The notes under the pieces: model-generated
The model's input: the letters and a program-made list of their open reading frames with translations, nothing else
Told to the model about the DNA's origin: nothing
Databases searched by the model: none
Part shown: positions 1 through 13,150 of the stretch, piece by piece
Numbering within the stretch: the first letter of the stretch is position 1
How the letters are laid out: each line of letters begins with the position of its first letter
Position numbers and translations under genes: made by a program
Source: Eledone cirrhosa
Taxonomy: Eukaryota
Length of the DNA: 64,000 bases
Direction: 5' to 3'
NCBI GenBank assembly: GCA_964016885.1
Contig: OZ024741.1
Span: 344,844,001 to 344,908,000 of the forward strand

Positions 1-281
1 ATTCAAACATGCCTGCATTGTCCAGGTTCTTAAACATATCCACTTTTTACTTTCATATACCACAATGCTTCAAGAGAACTACAATTCCTTAATATATATA
101 TTATTATTATCATTATTATTACATACACTTTTCCATATCAGCATAGGTTGGACAGGATGTTTTAAGGCAATATTCTACAGCTGGATGCCCTTCCTGATGC
201 CAACCCTTTTAGTCACTTCTTAAGACATACAGAGATGCAGTGTATCTATTCTAAATACTAAGATACACACGGCAATATATA

Positions 282-1071
282 TCATCATCATCATCATCAT
301 CATCGTTTAACGTCCATGTTCCACGCTTGCATGGGTTTGGACGGGAGTTTTCCCACTTGAGGCAAGAGTGGTTGTCATTGCTCGCATAGGACTGTCTGGC
401 GGGTTTTCTACAGCTGGATGCCCTTCCTAACACCAACCACATTTACAGTGTGGGGCTGGGAGGTTTTTACCCTGTTGCCTACACGGCCACATTACAGCGT
501 GGACTGTGTGTTTTTTTGTCGTGACACCTACACGATCTCATTTGTTTCGGCCTGGATGTTGTGGCACCAACATAACTTTACATTGAAGGGGGCGGTGTGG
601 ATGGGGTGGGGGAGGTGGGACGGGGGTGTATTTTGTTAGAGATGCCTACTGACTGTAGTAGGTTTTACTTTGTATTTAGGTAAGGCGGGTCTTCTCTATT
701 ACTGAGTACCGCCAAAGGTCTCGGTCCAGTGACATTGTCTTAGAGTGGTGTAAGTGTGTGAGGTCGGAATTTATCAGCTCGTCCCAGGTTTTTCTGGGTC
801 TGCCTACTCCGTGGCTACCGTCTATCTTTATTGCCCTGCACTTTGTTATACAGCTATCGACTTTCATGCGCATCACGTGTCCGTACCAACGTAGCCTTCT
901 CTCGAGTAAACAACACCTGATCCCTCTTATTTCTAATTTTTTCCTTAGTTCGTTTATGCTTTGCCATTCACGTATATTACTATTACACATCCAGTGGAGC
1001 ATGCAAGCTTCGTTCCTCTCTAGTCTGCGTATATCCTCTGCACACAATGCCCAGGTCTCACTGCCATGCAA
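282..1071 (-). mobile_element. RTE-clade LINE, 5'-truncated (ORF C-terminus, 3'UTR, (GAT)n tail), subfamily A
   Basis: ORF 676-1071 MHGSETW...RRLRWYGHVMRM...GRPRKTW is a typical RTE C-terminus; ends GGACGTTAAAC(GAT)n on the minus strand; 5' end abuts (TA)n. Confidence 0.92.
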
Positions 1072-1251
1072 TATATATATATATATTTAAAAGTATAAAT
1101 CTGATGCCACGCCAAGCAGTTTCAGCTGAACACAAGCCGAAATCACTTGGCATCACGATTGGAGTTAAACTTTTCTTTTTACTCACCCTGCATCTCCCCA
1201 TGCATTGAGTACTCCTATGATTTGTGGTCTCCCTGGTCTCAGCACTGCATA

Positions 1252-1296
<45 letters not shown>

Positions 1297-1324
1297 TATA
1301 TATATACATATATATATATACATA

Positions 1325-2921
1325 TCATCATCATTGTTTTACGTTCGTTCTTCCACGGTGGCATGGGTTAGACGGGTTGTCCTGTTGTAGGCAGTGTCCG
1401 GTCGGCTGACCTTGTCTTGCTCATACGGGAACTGATTCTGGCTTGATTTCTACAGCTGGATGCCCTTCCTAACACCAACCTGATTTAGGGTGCTTTTTTT
1501 CCGTGGCGCCTACACTTCCACTTTACAGTGTGGGCTGGGTGCTTTTTTGCTGTGGCACCCCACGACCACTTTGCACACTTTGCAGTGGAAGGGTGCGGGG
1601 GCATATTGTCTATATGCTTCGGCTTCTACCCGTGGGGTCTTCTGTATTACTGCGTGATGCCAGAGATCACGGTCGTGTGTCATCGCCTTTGAGAGGTGTA
1701 ATTGGGTAAGGTCGGCTTTTATCACCTCATCCCAGGTCTTCTTGGGTCTCCCCACTCCGCAGTTTCCATCGACTTCTAGTGCTCTGCACCTTTTTATGCA
1801 GCTGTCATCCTTCATACGCATCACATATCCATACCAACGCAACCGCCTCTCCTGCACACAGCATTTGATTCCTCTTATGCTCAGTCTCTCTCTCAATTCA
1901 TTTATACTTTGCCGTTCGCGTGTATTACTATTACATGTCTGTCGGAGCATGCAGGCTTCGTTTCTTTCTAATCTACGTAAGTCTTCCACCTTCATCGCCC
2001 AGGTCTCACTACCATGTAACATTGCTGTTCGTATACACGCATCATACAGTCTGCCTTTCATTTTGAGGGAAAAGCCTTTTGCAGCTAGCAGTAGCAGTAG
2101 CTCCCTGAACTTCTTCCATCCCGTTCTTACCCTAGTTATTGTACTTTATGAACACCCACCTCCGCTGCTAATTCGGTCACCTAGGTAGCAGAAGCTGTCT
2201 ACTGTTTCTACAGAGCCCTCCCAGAGTTTGGTGGTACTTGTTTCCTGTGGCTGTTTGCTGCTTGCTGTCCCAGCACAGCTGCTACATGTGAAGCCTACAT
2301 TATTGTTTAAGCTTCCTGAGATCCCGCTACATCTCTTGTGTACCCATTGTTTGCATTTGGGGCAGAGAATGGAGTTCCTACCTACACCTTTCCTACATAC
2401 TGAGCAGGGCCATTTCCCTGAGGGGATCTGGGTTCTGTTTTCTTGTCTACTTACAAGGACCTTAGTCTTTGTCTGGTTGACTTTGAGACCCTTTCTTTCT
2501 AGTCCCTGCTTCCAAGTTTGGAATTTCTTCTCTAGTTCTACCATAGATTCAGCTATAAGTGCGAGGTCATCTGCATACAGGAGTTCCTATGGGCATCCGG
2601 TTTTAAACTCCTCCGTTATTGCTTGCAGCACTATGATGAACAGGAGAGGGCTAAGAACAGAGCCCTGGTGGACACCGACCTGTACACTAAATTCCTCGCT
2701 ATACTCATTGCAAATCCTAACTTTGCTGACTGCTCCCCTATACATGGCTTGTACAGCTTTCCCAAGCCATTCATCTACTCCTTGTTTTCTAAGAGCCCAC
2801 CAGATTATAGCACGGGGAACGCTGTCAAAGGCTTTCTTGAGATCGACGAATGCCAGGTAGAATGACTTACTTTTAGCTAGGTACTTTTCCTGTAACTGCC
2901 TCACAAGGAAGAGGGCATCGG
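1325..2921 (-). mobile_element. RTE-clade LINE, 5'-truncated, disrupted RT (subfamily B)
   Basis: RT motifs FVDLKKAFDSVPR, GVHQGSVLSPLLF and LLYADDL (after an in-frame TAG near 2588); Cys-rich finger; C-terminal RRLRWYGYV..GRPKKTW; frameshift near 2090-2150; GAT tail. Confidence 0.93.
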
Positions 2922-2964
2922 TATATACATATATATATATATATACATGTATGTATATATATAC

Positions 2965-2995
<31 letters not shown>

Positions 2996-2997
2996 AT

Positions 2998-4071
2998 TAT
3001 AAGAACATAGATTTTACATGTGGCCGGTGCTCTGGTGCAATAAGTAGCAGCAAGTGCCCAGAAAACACTAGCTCTTTCAATTGCGCAGAGGGTTCTATAG
3101 AAATAATGAACAGCTTCCGTTACCTGGGTGACAAAATCAGCAGTGGGGGAGGGTGCTCTGAAAGTACAGTAGCTAGAGTCAGAACTGGATGGAAAAAGTT
3201 CAGAGAGCTTATACCACTATTAGCCGCTAAAGGGTTCTCCCTAAAAACGAAAGGCAGGTTGTATGATGCCTGCATACGAACAGCAATGTTGCATGGCAGT
3301 GAGACCTGGGCATTGTGTGCAGAGGATATACGCAGACTAGAGAGGAACGAAGCTTGCATGCTCCGCTGGATGTGTAATAGTAATATACGTGAACGGCAAA
3401 GCATAAACGAACTAAGGAAAAAATTAGAAATAAGAGGGATCAGATGTTGTTTACTCGAGAGAAGGCTACGTTGGTATGGTCACGTGATGTGCATGAAAGA
3501 CGACAGCTGTATAACAAAGTGCAGGGCAATAAAGATAGACGGTAGCCACGGAGTAGGCAGACCCAGAAAAACCTGGGACGAGCTGATAAATTCTGACCTC
3601 ACACACTTACACCTCTCCAAGACAATGTCACTGGACCGAGATCTTTGGCGGTACTCAGTAACAGAGAAGACCCGCCTTACCTAAATACAAAGTAAAACCT
3701 ACTACAGTCAGTAGGCATCTCTAACAAAATACACCCCCGTCCCACCACCCCCACCCCATCCACACCACCCCTTTCAATGTAAACTTATGTTGGTGCCACA
3801 ACATCCAGGCCGAAACAAATGAGATCGTGTAGGTGTCACGACAAAAAAACACACAGTCCACGCTGTAATGTGGCCGTGTAGGCAACACGGTAAAAACCTC
3901 CCAGCCCCACACTGTAAATGTGGTTGGTGTTAGGAAGGGCATCCAGCTGTAGAAAACCCGCCAGACAGTCCTATGCGAGCAAGACAACCATTCTTGCCTC
4001 AAGTGGGAAAACTCCCGTCCAAACCCATACAAGCGTGGAACATGGACGTTAAACGATGATGAAGATGATGA
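2998..4071 (+). mobile_element. RTE-clade LINE, 5'-truncated (subfamily A)
   Basis: ORF to 3684 (FRYLGD..MLHGSETW..GRPRKTW); 3' part is the near-identical reverse complement of 282-1071; (GAT)n tail. Confidence 0.93.
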
Positions 4072-4076
4072 TATAT

Positions 4077-4460
4077 CATCATCACCGTTTAACGTCCATC
4101 TTCCACGCTAGCATGGGTTAGACGGGAGTTGTCCCACTTGAGGCAAGATTGTTTGTCTTGCTCGTACAGGACTGTCTGGCAGATTTTCTACAGCTGGATG
4201 CCCTTCCTAACACCAACCACATTTACAGTGTGGACTGGGAGGTTTTTTTGTCGTGACACCTACACGAACTCATTTATTTAGGACTGGATGTTGTGGTACC
4301 AACATAACATTACATCGAAGGGGGTGGGGGTAGTGGGACGGGGGTGTATTTTGGTTAAGAGGTGCCTACTGACTGTAGGTTTCGCTTTGTACTTAGGCAA
4401 GGCAGGTCTTCTGTATTACTGTGTAGCGCCAAAGATCTTGGTCCAGTGACATTGTCTTGG

Positions 4461-4461
<1 letters not shown>
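4077..4461 (-). mobile_element. RTE 3' end fragment (subfamily A-related)
   Basis: Same 3'UTR blocks (CAGCTGGATGCCCTTCCTAACACCAACCACATTTACAGTGTG); tail-to-tail with the previous copy; 5' end in (TA)n. Confidence 0.85.
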
Positions 4462-4516
<55 letters not shown>

Positions 4517-4771
4517 GTGTGTCTGTGTGTATGTATGTATTATGTATGTTTGTATATATATGATGGGCTTCCTTGCAGTTTCTACCTACCAAATTCACTC
4601 ATAAGCATAGGTCAGTGCAAGGCTATATAGAAAACACATGCCCAGGGAGTCATGCTCTGTCATGGAACCCAAATCCATGGGATTCCCAAGCAAACTTCTT
4701 AACCACGCAACCATATGTGTGTCTATTTTTACATTAACAAACAATAAATTTAATTCATGGTCTTCTTTCAG

Positions 4772-5014
4772 TATGGTCAATATTATTCAGCAATGCACCT
4801 GGATTGTTGAAACACATTGGTCTTGTTGCAAGGAGGAATGCATTTATGCCTGAACTCAAAACTCCTGATGGGGTCGTAGAAATGTCAGAGTGTGTCTTAA
4901 CCTTCTTGGCACTGTCAGCAACATAAGTCGCCAATAGAGTAATTTCCCCTTGATACATAATACAGTGTCAAGAGAAGCAATTCATTAGAAAAAATTCAGC
5001 GTCCTAAAGGTTAA
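4772..5014 (+). mobile_element. Possible decayed piggyBac-like 3' end
   Basis: Frameshifted Cys-rich peptide ETHWSCCK / GMHLCLNSK resembles a piggyBac C-terminal domain; ends CCTAAAGGTTAA. Confidence 0.25.
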
Positions 5015-5721
5015 CCTTCACAGAACCCATCCACTCACGAAGTCTGAACACAGCTGATTTCTTTCATGGGAGAGATAGATAGAGAGGAAGTGAGAAAAAG
5101 AGATACAGAGGAAGAATTAATCCCAGTGAAGCACGTCGAAAGGATGAAAGTCAAAAATTGACCTTAGTGAGATTTGATCTCCGAGAGCAGAGAGCCAGAA
5201 TGAATACCATAAAGCATCTATCCGACACTCTAATTACTCTGCCAATTCACCACCTATATATACACACTTTTATACAAACACAATCTAATCCGAACATTAA
5301 TGCAAACACCCAGTAATGGACTGGTACTTTTTTATGGACATCGAAAGGATGATAGGCAAAGTTTGACCTTAGTGAGATTTGAACTCAGAGATGGGATGAA
5401 TACTGCAAAGCATTTCATGAAAGGAGGAAACCGAAAATCAAATAGCCCTCCTCTGTTTTTGACAATGAATTCTTCTATAATTGTAGACTAGTAGTATTAC
5501 TTGATTGGAATTTTCCAGAAATACTAAGTAAATAGATGTTCGTTAGCTTCAATAGTGTATAGTTAATTGCTTAATTAACTGAACTATTCGCTCTTGCCTG
5601 GAAGTAGCTGAGTATTCCACAGACTCATGTATTGTTAATGTAAAGCTCAGGTTGAATCAACGTGACATTGTGTGTGACAAGGCTAAACCATTAAATGACT
5701 GGCATAACAAATACTGTACCA

Positions 5722-5948
5722 CCTTTAGCATTTACATTACTCTATATTTACTATTGTATTTTCACGGTAAACACTTTATTTCACATAATTATCGAATCTC
5801 ACATAATATGGAATCTGAGATTTTGATATTATTTATTTTGAGAACAATACCTTAATATAAGTATGAGCAGCTGGTTACAGCCAGATTGAACAGAAAGAAG
5901 CAAGAGAATTCTGGCTGGATATGGCCAGTTTAAATGCTAAAGGGTTAA
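5722..5948. mobile_element. piggyBac-like MITE (related copies ~11045-11250, 16737-16913)
   Basis: Termini CCTTTAGCATTTA...TAAATGCTAAAGGGTTAA (TTAA target); same internal sequence recurs at 11045 and 16737. Confidence 0.65.
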
Positions 5949-6024
5949 TGCATGAAACTGCATTGCTAGCAAGATGGCTGACAAAGTAGAGATGCACTTG
6001 GCATTCCTCTTATGTAACTGCTAA

Positions 6025-6064
<40 letters not shown>

Positions 6065-6329
6065 GCATGTGCCCCAATGTAAATGACCATAATAATAGTC
6101 AATCACTATAAATAACAGTTGAGGAATATGAGCAAAGTATCTCTATAGACAGAAAAATGTGGACAGAGGTAACTCTATGCACTTATTTTCTCTGTAATTT
6201 TCTCAACAGCAATTTATTGTCGTCATTTGGGTTAAGATATACACATTTCAAATTTTCTCAATACTTCTCAAGTCAACCATTTTGTTTACACACACATGCA
6301 TTCCTATATCCAAAATGGCTAACTAAACA

Positions 6330-6520
6330 CACACAAGCTTTCCCTTCTTACTCTTGTCTATCTTTCTATTTCTTTCTCTCTCACTCTATCTTCTGTTGAT
6401 AGACTTACGTCGGAAACATTAAAACTACTCATCCTACTATGTCAAACATTCAACTAATATATACCTTCATTCTACTGTACCGTTTTCCTGTGTTGTTTAT
6501 TTATTTCATTTTTGCATTTA
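6330..6520 (+). mobile_element. Degenerate PLE pseudo-LTR remnant
   Basis: Diverged homologue of 32690-32835 and 43850-43990 (TTCTG..GA...GAAACATTAA...ACTAATATAT...ACTGTACCG). Confidence 0.5.
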
Positions 6521-6539
6521 TATATATATATATATATCA

Positions 6540-6785
6540 TCATCATCAGCAAAAAATATCTATCTTCTATGCTAGCATGGGTTAGATAGGTTTGTCCCAT
6601 TTAGAGGCAAGTTGGGTTGGGTGACTGTGTCTCGCTCATATAGGAGAGTTTCTGGCTGGTTTTCTACAGCCGGATGCCCTTCTTAACGCCAGCTACATTG
6701 ACAGTTTGTGCTGGGTGCTTTTTGTTGTGTCTTTTACATGTCCACTTTACAGTGTGGGCTGGGTGCTTTTTGACGTGACACCTAT
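6540..6785 (-). mobile_element. RTE 3'UTR / RTE-tailed SINE fragment
   Basis: GCTAGCATGGGTTAGA...TTTCTACAGCCGGATGCCCTT motifs and CAT-repeat tail. Confidence 0.7.
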
Positions 6786-6810
6786 ATATATTATGAACAA
6801 ACTACCTCCA

Positions 6811-7052
6811 TCAGTTGTTAGTTGCCAGGACACTGCATCCTTCAAAACTTCCATGATTCCCGAAATTCGCCAACACTTCACCTGATATTCCCCTTCCATA
6901 CACACACATGAATGTGTCTGTCTTTATATCATGACTCATACACTGTTCACTTTCCTGACATTTGTACATTATTCTATGTACTATATATGCACCTTTGATG
7001 AGTTGTAGTGCACCTGAGCACTGTACACAATAATTTTCATTATAATTATTAT
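6811..7052 (+). mobile_element. CR1-like LINE 3' end (other copies 14165-14335 +, 23490-23600 -, 40805-41098 -)
   Basis: Shared 3'UTR ...TGTAGTGCACCTGAGCACTGTACACAATAAT(ATT)n; the 40805-41098 copy encodes HFFTLRVAEAWNTL, a CR1-type C-terminus. Confidence 0.7.
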
Positions 7053-7659
7053 TATATATATATATGTGGGTGGGGTGTGCGCGAGATTCAGTGTGACACA
7101 ACATGGGTGAAGGCTGGCCCTTCGAATTTCAAATACAACTCACATTTGGAGCAGCATGAAATAAAGTGTCTTGCTCAAGGAAGAAATGCACAACTTGGAA
7201 TCGAACTCAAAACCTTAGGATTGTGAGTGAAACACCTCAAAGACATGTGATCCTATGTAAGAACATTATAACAACCCACTTTGAAATGTCTGAGAACAAG
7301 CTCAGTAAAATTCAGTTCAGGATAATGTTTCCAAAAGTAAATTCTTTTGCATGTATGTGTGTGTATATATGTGTGTGCATGTAAGTCTGTGTGTTTATGT
7401 GTGTGTCAGTTTGTATCTGTGTGTGCATCTGATAATGTATAAATTTTATCATAGTCTCCATCCTTGATAACATTTGAAAATGTCTTTCTCATTCTTATGA
7501 AAAAGATGATATAATTTTTATATATGCCATTTAATCAGCATCAATATTATTTGTATATCTAGAGATTCACAAGCACAGACAAATGCTGATATGGACATAT
7601 ATATATATATATATTTACATATATATTTACATATATATATATATTTACATATATATATT

Positions 7660-7705
<46 letters not shown>

Positions 7706-7729
7706 AAGTATACGTATATATATATATAA

Positions 7730-7965
7730 CCAAAAGTTTAACAAGGTTAATGATTAATCAATGAATAAAGTTTTACAATAGATTAGAAGCACTCAACAGT
7801 GAGGTTTTCTGGAGTTATTAATATAACTTCAAAATATTAATAAATATAGACATTCATGTGATCAAATATATTTTATTATACATATTTCAGAGGTACTGAG
7901 CTATGCATATGTATAATAAAATATATTTGATCAAATGAATGTCAATATTTATTAATATTTTGAAG

Positions 7966-7972
<7 letters not shown>
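7730..7972 (-). mobile_element. Fold-back PLE-derived insert (arms 7820-7885 / 7907-7972 plus tail)
   Basis: ~66-bp imperfect inverted repeat; tail GCACTCAACAGT shared with 19710-19862 and 49568-49630; embedded in (TA)n. Confidence 0.7.
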
Positions 7973-8022
<50 letters not shown>

Positions 8023-8149
8023 GTATATATATATATATATATTTATGTATATATATATATATATATAAGTATATATATATATATATATAAGTATACATAT
8101 ATATATATATAAGTATACATATCTATTTACATATATATATATATATATT

Positions 8150-8212
<63 letters not shown>

Positions 8213-8323
8213 CTATTTACATGTATATATATAAGTATACTTATATATATATATACATGTATATATATATATAAGTATATATATATACATACATATCTAT
8301 TTACATGTATATATATAAGTATA

Positions 8324-8364
<41 letters not shown>

Positions 8365-8373
8365 ATATATAAG

Positions 8374-8404
<31 letters not shown>

Positions 8405-8451
8405 ATACATATCTATTTACATGTATATATATGATCAGTATACTTATATAT

Positions 8452-8482
<31 letters not shown>

Positions 8483-8744
8483 CACATACACGTATATGAT
8501 AAGTATACATACATATATATTTACACACACACATATATATATATATATACTCTCTTTCTATTTATACAGTTTGCTTTCATTGAAATTTAATCAATATTGA
8601 ATCCTAGATTAACAAACAATAAATTTAATTTCGTGGAACATATATATCATTAGTAAACTACAATTAGTTTCCTTTCAATAGATGAGAATAGAATAGAATG
8701 AATGGCACCATTCTCAACAGTATATATTAATAATAATAATAATA

Positions 8745-9370
8745 ATAATTTTTTTCTGATTTAGGCACAAGGCCAACAATTTCGGGGGAGAGGAAAGTCG
8801 ATTAAATCGACCCCAGTGCATGACTGGTACTTTATTTTATCGACCCCCATAATAATTGTTGTTACTTTTGGCACAAGGCCAGCAATTATCCCAGTGTAGT
8901 ACTGGTACTTTATTTTATCGACCCCGTAAGGATGAAAGGCAAATTTAGCCTCGGCGGGATTTGAACTCAGACCATAAAGGGCCGTAACTCTTTGCTGCAA
9001 AGCATGGCGTCTGACCCTCTACCGATACTGCCAATCCACTCGCCATAATAATTATCGACCCCATAATAATTGTTTCTACGTTAGGCACAAGGCCAGCAAT
9101 TATCCCAGTGTATTACTGGTACTTTATTTTATTGACCCCCGTATGGATGAAAGGCAAAGTTAACCTCGGCAGGATTTGAACGCAGACCGTAAAGGGGTGT
9201 AACTCTATACTGCAAACCATGGCGTCCGACCTTCTGCCAATCCACCACCTTTAATTCTTATTAATTCTTAATAATAATTGTTTCTACTTTAGGCACAAGG
9301 CCAGCAATTACCAGTGCATTACTGGTACTTTATTTTATCGACCCCGTAAGGATGAAAGGCAAAGTCAAAT
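8745..9370 (-). mobile_element. Cluster of tandem full and partial tRNA-derived Nin/Deu-like SINEs
   Basis: Minus-strand A box TGGCAGTATCGG, B box GAGTTCAAATCC, core TTTCATCCTTACGGGGTCGATAAAATAAAGTACCAG, (ATT)n tail. Confidence 0.85.
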
Positions 9371-9639
9371 TCTTAATAATAATGAATGATAAAATTCATA
9401 TAATAAAAGATCACACAGAATCACACAGAAATACATATCCAAAACCCAGGACTTACAAATATATACAACATATAGAAAATAACACTAGTAGTCACTACAC
9501 ATATATTATGAAGAGTACTTCCAATACAATAGAACCACACTGCACACACTCAAGGCATTCTTTTACCCAGCTGTAATTCCCCATACACTTTGCATGTCCA
9601 TACCTGACCTGTGCAACATTTTTTTTTTCTTACTCATGA

Positions 9640-9845
9640 CATAAGAGTTGTGTTGTGTTTCTTGAGTGAAACACTTCATTTCACATTGTTCCAGTATACT
9701 CAGCTGTATCTCGGGTTTAGCCTTGTGATGAACTGGCATCCTAACCAGGGGAGAGTCTTGTACTCTCAGTCTCTTAGTGCCAAGGAAACTAGGATAAGCA
9801 CTGATTTAATGAGCATCTGGTCAAGTGACAAACTTTAGACTTTAG
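9640..9845 (+). mobile_element. Meta/V-like SINE body (5'-truncated)
   Basis: Homologous to 28881-29165 including the ACTTTAGACTTT tail. Confidence 0.7.
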
Positions 9846-12389
9846 ACACAACATACAGTTCGTTTTTTATTACCTCATTTTTCTCTGTTTGTTTGTGTTC
9901 TGTTATTCATAGACTCACAAAATAGATATTGTTCATCTCATTTCTTACCATCCTTTGACAACTTCTATATTCAATGCTTGGATTAGCTCTACACCATGCC
10001 TCACTCTCATTCAAGACTAAGCAGCAATTCATCTTTATTCTGCAAACTTCCAACCCACCCAGACTGAACTCCCCACCATCACTCCAGTTCCTGTAACCCT
10101 CAACCTCTCATGATAATCACATATATACTATATTTGTTTGCTTCATATGTATTTCTATCTACACACACTTGGTTGTGTGCTCAAACTAACTTCCTTAAAA
10201 AGAAGCCCAAATGTGTTTTTATTTTGTCTTCTTGTTTTCCATGTTATATTTTGGCTTTTCTTCATATTATTTACCTTTCTCTACCTTCTGAAGAAGAGCT
10301 TAGCCCCAAAACATTATGTAGTCTTTTTTTTTCTACATCTCCACAGAGTTAAGCAAATATTTTCAATTTGGACCCTCTTCTGTCTTGTTTCAGTTTTTTG
10401 GTTAAAACATTAGATGATGATGGTATGTATGTGGATGCCTGTGTTTTTCTGTATGTATGTATGTGTGTATGTATGTATGTATGTATGTGTGTTTGTGTGT
10501 ATGTATGTATGTATGTGTGTATGTATGTATGTATGTTTGTTAAAACTGAATAATAAATGTTCAGTTTGACAACAATAATATGTACTGTTATTGTTGTTGT
10601 TATTGTTAAGGGTTCTTAAACTTTTTAACTATGATCCTGTAGAGATATAGTAAGAACACCATCTGCAACAAACGTTTAAATATCATCATCATCATCATCA
10701 TAAGCTTTGTCCTCATTAGCATTGTCGTTGTTGTCTTCATCATCACCATCATCATCCTAATCATCATTATCATTATTATCTTCATCATGGATGTTACACC
10801 ATATCATTCAATATCTTTAATAATATCATGTACTATTATGGAGAATCCCTTAAAAACTCTATCACTTCCGTCTGTCTCTCTCATTCAGGTGAGTCCCTAT
10901 TCCTGATTTAGAAATCATCAAATATTATTGTTAGAGCAAAGGATCAAGAGGTGAAATGGCAGAATAAGTAGGGTACTAGAGAAGATGATTTGCAGTATTT
11001 GTATGTTTTCAGGCTCTCTGCACTTTAACACCTAGTATTTAAACCGGCCATATCCAGCCAGAATTCTCTCACCTCTCTCTATTCAAACTGGCTGTACCTG
11101 GCTGCTTATACTGATGTTAAGGTAAGGTAAGGTACTCAAAATAAATAACATCAAAATCTCATAGATTCAATATTATGAGAAATAAGTATGTAAGGTAAAG
11201 CTTTTACTGTGAAAATATAATAGTAATTATAGAGTAATGTAAATGTTAAAATCTCACCAGGATCATCTGATGTTCGTCCTCTCAATGTTGTTGGTAAAAT
11301 AAAGCACCTGTCCAGGGTTGTAGATTGGCTGAATTTTTAAACCACTGGACATGATGCCTTGTGGTATTTTATCTTACACTTTGCATTCTGAATTCAAATC
11401 TGTGACCTACTTGGGTAGTAGGCTTAATCCATATCCCAGTTTAACACCACCAGCTGGCTTTTCAGTGCCTTTTGCATAGTCCACTCTGTTGCAAGCATTC
11501 AGACCAGGTTTCTGGCTTTAGGATTCCTTCATCCTTCCATTCCATCAGTGACAAGGCCCTGAAATGGATCATGGGCACTTCCATTCCATCCCTGACTAAA
11601 CAGTTAAAAAAAAAATAAATAGTAGCAGACCTACTATAATTTGTATCATTTCACTGTCATTTCTGTCAACTTACTACTGAGGTCAAATTTGTCTTTCATT
11701 TTTCCAGGTGCAATAAAAAAAAAAGTTACAACCAAATATTGGGGTTGATATCATCAAGCCCCCCCCCCCCCCCCCTCCTTCTTTGAATTGTTGACCTTGT
11801 GTCTAAATTAGGGACCATTATTATTATAATCATTGGTAGTGGATTTGAGAAGTGGTCCCTAAATTTTCAGTTCAACTTTAAATCCCTCCAACTTCAACTT
11901 TACCTTTCCTCTTTTCTCGAAAGGGGTTGGTGAGTCAATTATATAAGTACTAGTGAAAAATTGAAGTTGATTAATTTGGCTATACCCCTCTACCATCATA
12001 CATGTGAGGCATGCTGTCTATCTTAGTGATCATTCATTCAATTTTAATTAATTATTGTCTCCTTTCTTTACATTTCTGGTTCCATTCCAAGGTTACAAAA
12101 TCATTTATTCACTGACTTCTCATTAATTCTGGATAAATATTGATAGGCCTGGCTATGTGGTCAAATGTGTTCACTTCAAAATCCCATGGTTCTGGTTCAA
12201 TTCCCATGCATGGTACTTTAAACAAGCATCTTCTATCATAGCCTTCCTTCTGTTGACTAATACTTTGGGAATGAAATTGTGTGAGTATATGCAAATGTGG
12301 TTTGGTGACAGTGAAGGTAATTCTCAGAGCTAGTATTGTGAGTCTGGTTGTAATAGGGGAGGCAGCTGTGCTTGTATTTTGGAGAATGT

Positions 12390-13150
12390 GGTGGTAGTAG
12401 TAGTAGTAGTGTTAATGGTGGTGGTAGTATTAGTAGTTGTAGTAGTAGTGTTAATGGTGGTAGTAGTAGTAGTAGTGTTAATGGTGGTGGTAGTAGTAGT
12501 ATTAGTAGTAGTAGTAGTGTTAATGGTGGTGGTAGTAGCAGTAGTAGTAGTAGTAGTGTTAATGGTGGTGGTGGGGATGGTAGTAGTAGTGTTAATGGTG
12601 GTAGTGAAGGTGGTGGTGGTAGTAGTAGTGTTAATGGTGGTGGTGGTAGTGAGGTACTGACAATGGTAACACATAGCATTGAAGGTCTCACTAATAACAT
12701 TTTGGAGATTGGTAATGAAGATATGGTTGTGGTAGTGTTGGTAGTGAAGTAAGTGTTTATGGAGTTGTAAAAAAAAGTATGGCTGCTGCTGATGATAATG
12801 ATGATATAGTTAGGTAATCCTGTTGTTGAACTTAATAATGATGATGATGATGATGATGAAGCATCATAACCATCATGATTATTGTCATCATCTTCATCAC
12901 CATCACCATTAACACCACCATCACCATTATCACTATTATCATTGCTGTCATCATCCTCATCACCATCATCACTGTCACCATCACCACCATCATCATCACT
13001 ATTATCATTGCCATCATCATCCTCACCATCATCACCATCATTATCATCATCATCATCATCATCATCACCACTATCGTCATCATTACCACCATCATCATCA
13101 TCATTACCATCATCTTCATCATCTACTGCTACTGCTGCCACTGCTGCTGC
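12390..13150. repeat. Compound (GTA/GGT)n and (CAT/CAC)n trinucleotide low-complexity tracts
   Basis: Visible directly; source of homopolymeric ORFs in all frames. Confidence 0.95.

Noticed and set aside
1098-1245. Hammerhead (CTGATGC...GAAA) or a minus-strand exon ending in GTGAGT
   Set aside because: The core deviates and I could not pair the helices; the acceptor lacks a pyrimidine tract; likely a repeat remnant
758-2860. Plus-strand ORFs of 110-210 aa
   Set aside because: Antisense shadows of RTE coding sequence
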